64,000 nt of DNA from Octopus sinensis (lineage: Eukaryota), in contig NC_043007.1 of NCBI RefSeq assembly GCF_006345805.1, positions 868,001 through 932,000 of the forward strand, in the 5' to 3' direction. The notes beneath the pieces were generated by a model. It did no database searches. It worked only from the letters and a program-made list of their open reading frames with translations, and was not told the DNA's origin. Of the stretch, positions 63,946 to 64,000 are shown one piece after another (position 1 is the stretch's first letter; each line of letters opens with the position of its first letter). Position numbers and translations under genes: made by a program.

Positions 63946-64000
63946 TTATATATATATATATATATATATATTTGAACCTAAATTCTTGAGTATCGGTTTC

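Overview
AT-rich, repeat-dense eukaryotic DNA, most likely from an Octopus/coleoid cephalopod. This is inferred from the tRNA-derived SINE families and the long (AT)n/(CA)n arrays. No complete gene is present. The + strand is T/G-skewed, like introns of a + strand gene. A set of candidate exons can be read by eye: several alternative ATG-bearing first exons (14.1, 21.5, 35.3, 43.9 kb) that all end in phase 2, plus phase-2/phase-2 microexons at 51.3 and 57.5 kb. I could not identify the protein. The rest is transposon-derived: CORE-type, Meta-type and Nin/V-type SINEs, RTE LINE fragments (one with a PHD finger and a ~28-bp TSD) and their 3' tails, TTAA piggyBac-type MITEs, non-autonomous Helitrons and Penelope-like remnants. 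The most striking signal is a collection of hammerhead ribozyme motifs in at least four unrelated repeat families (7.7/41 kb, 25 kb, 32 kb, 58.8/62-63 kb), mostly inside fold-back elements. One of them has all hammerhead core motifs and complementary arms but in a non-canonical, permuted order. Most ORFs in the supplied track are microsatellite or SINE artefacts. All folds and alignments were done by eye, and repeat boundaries are approximate.
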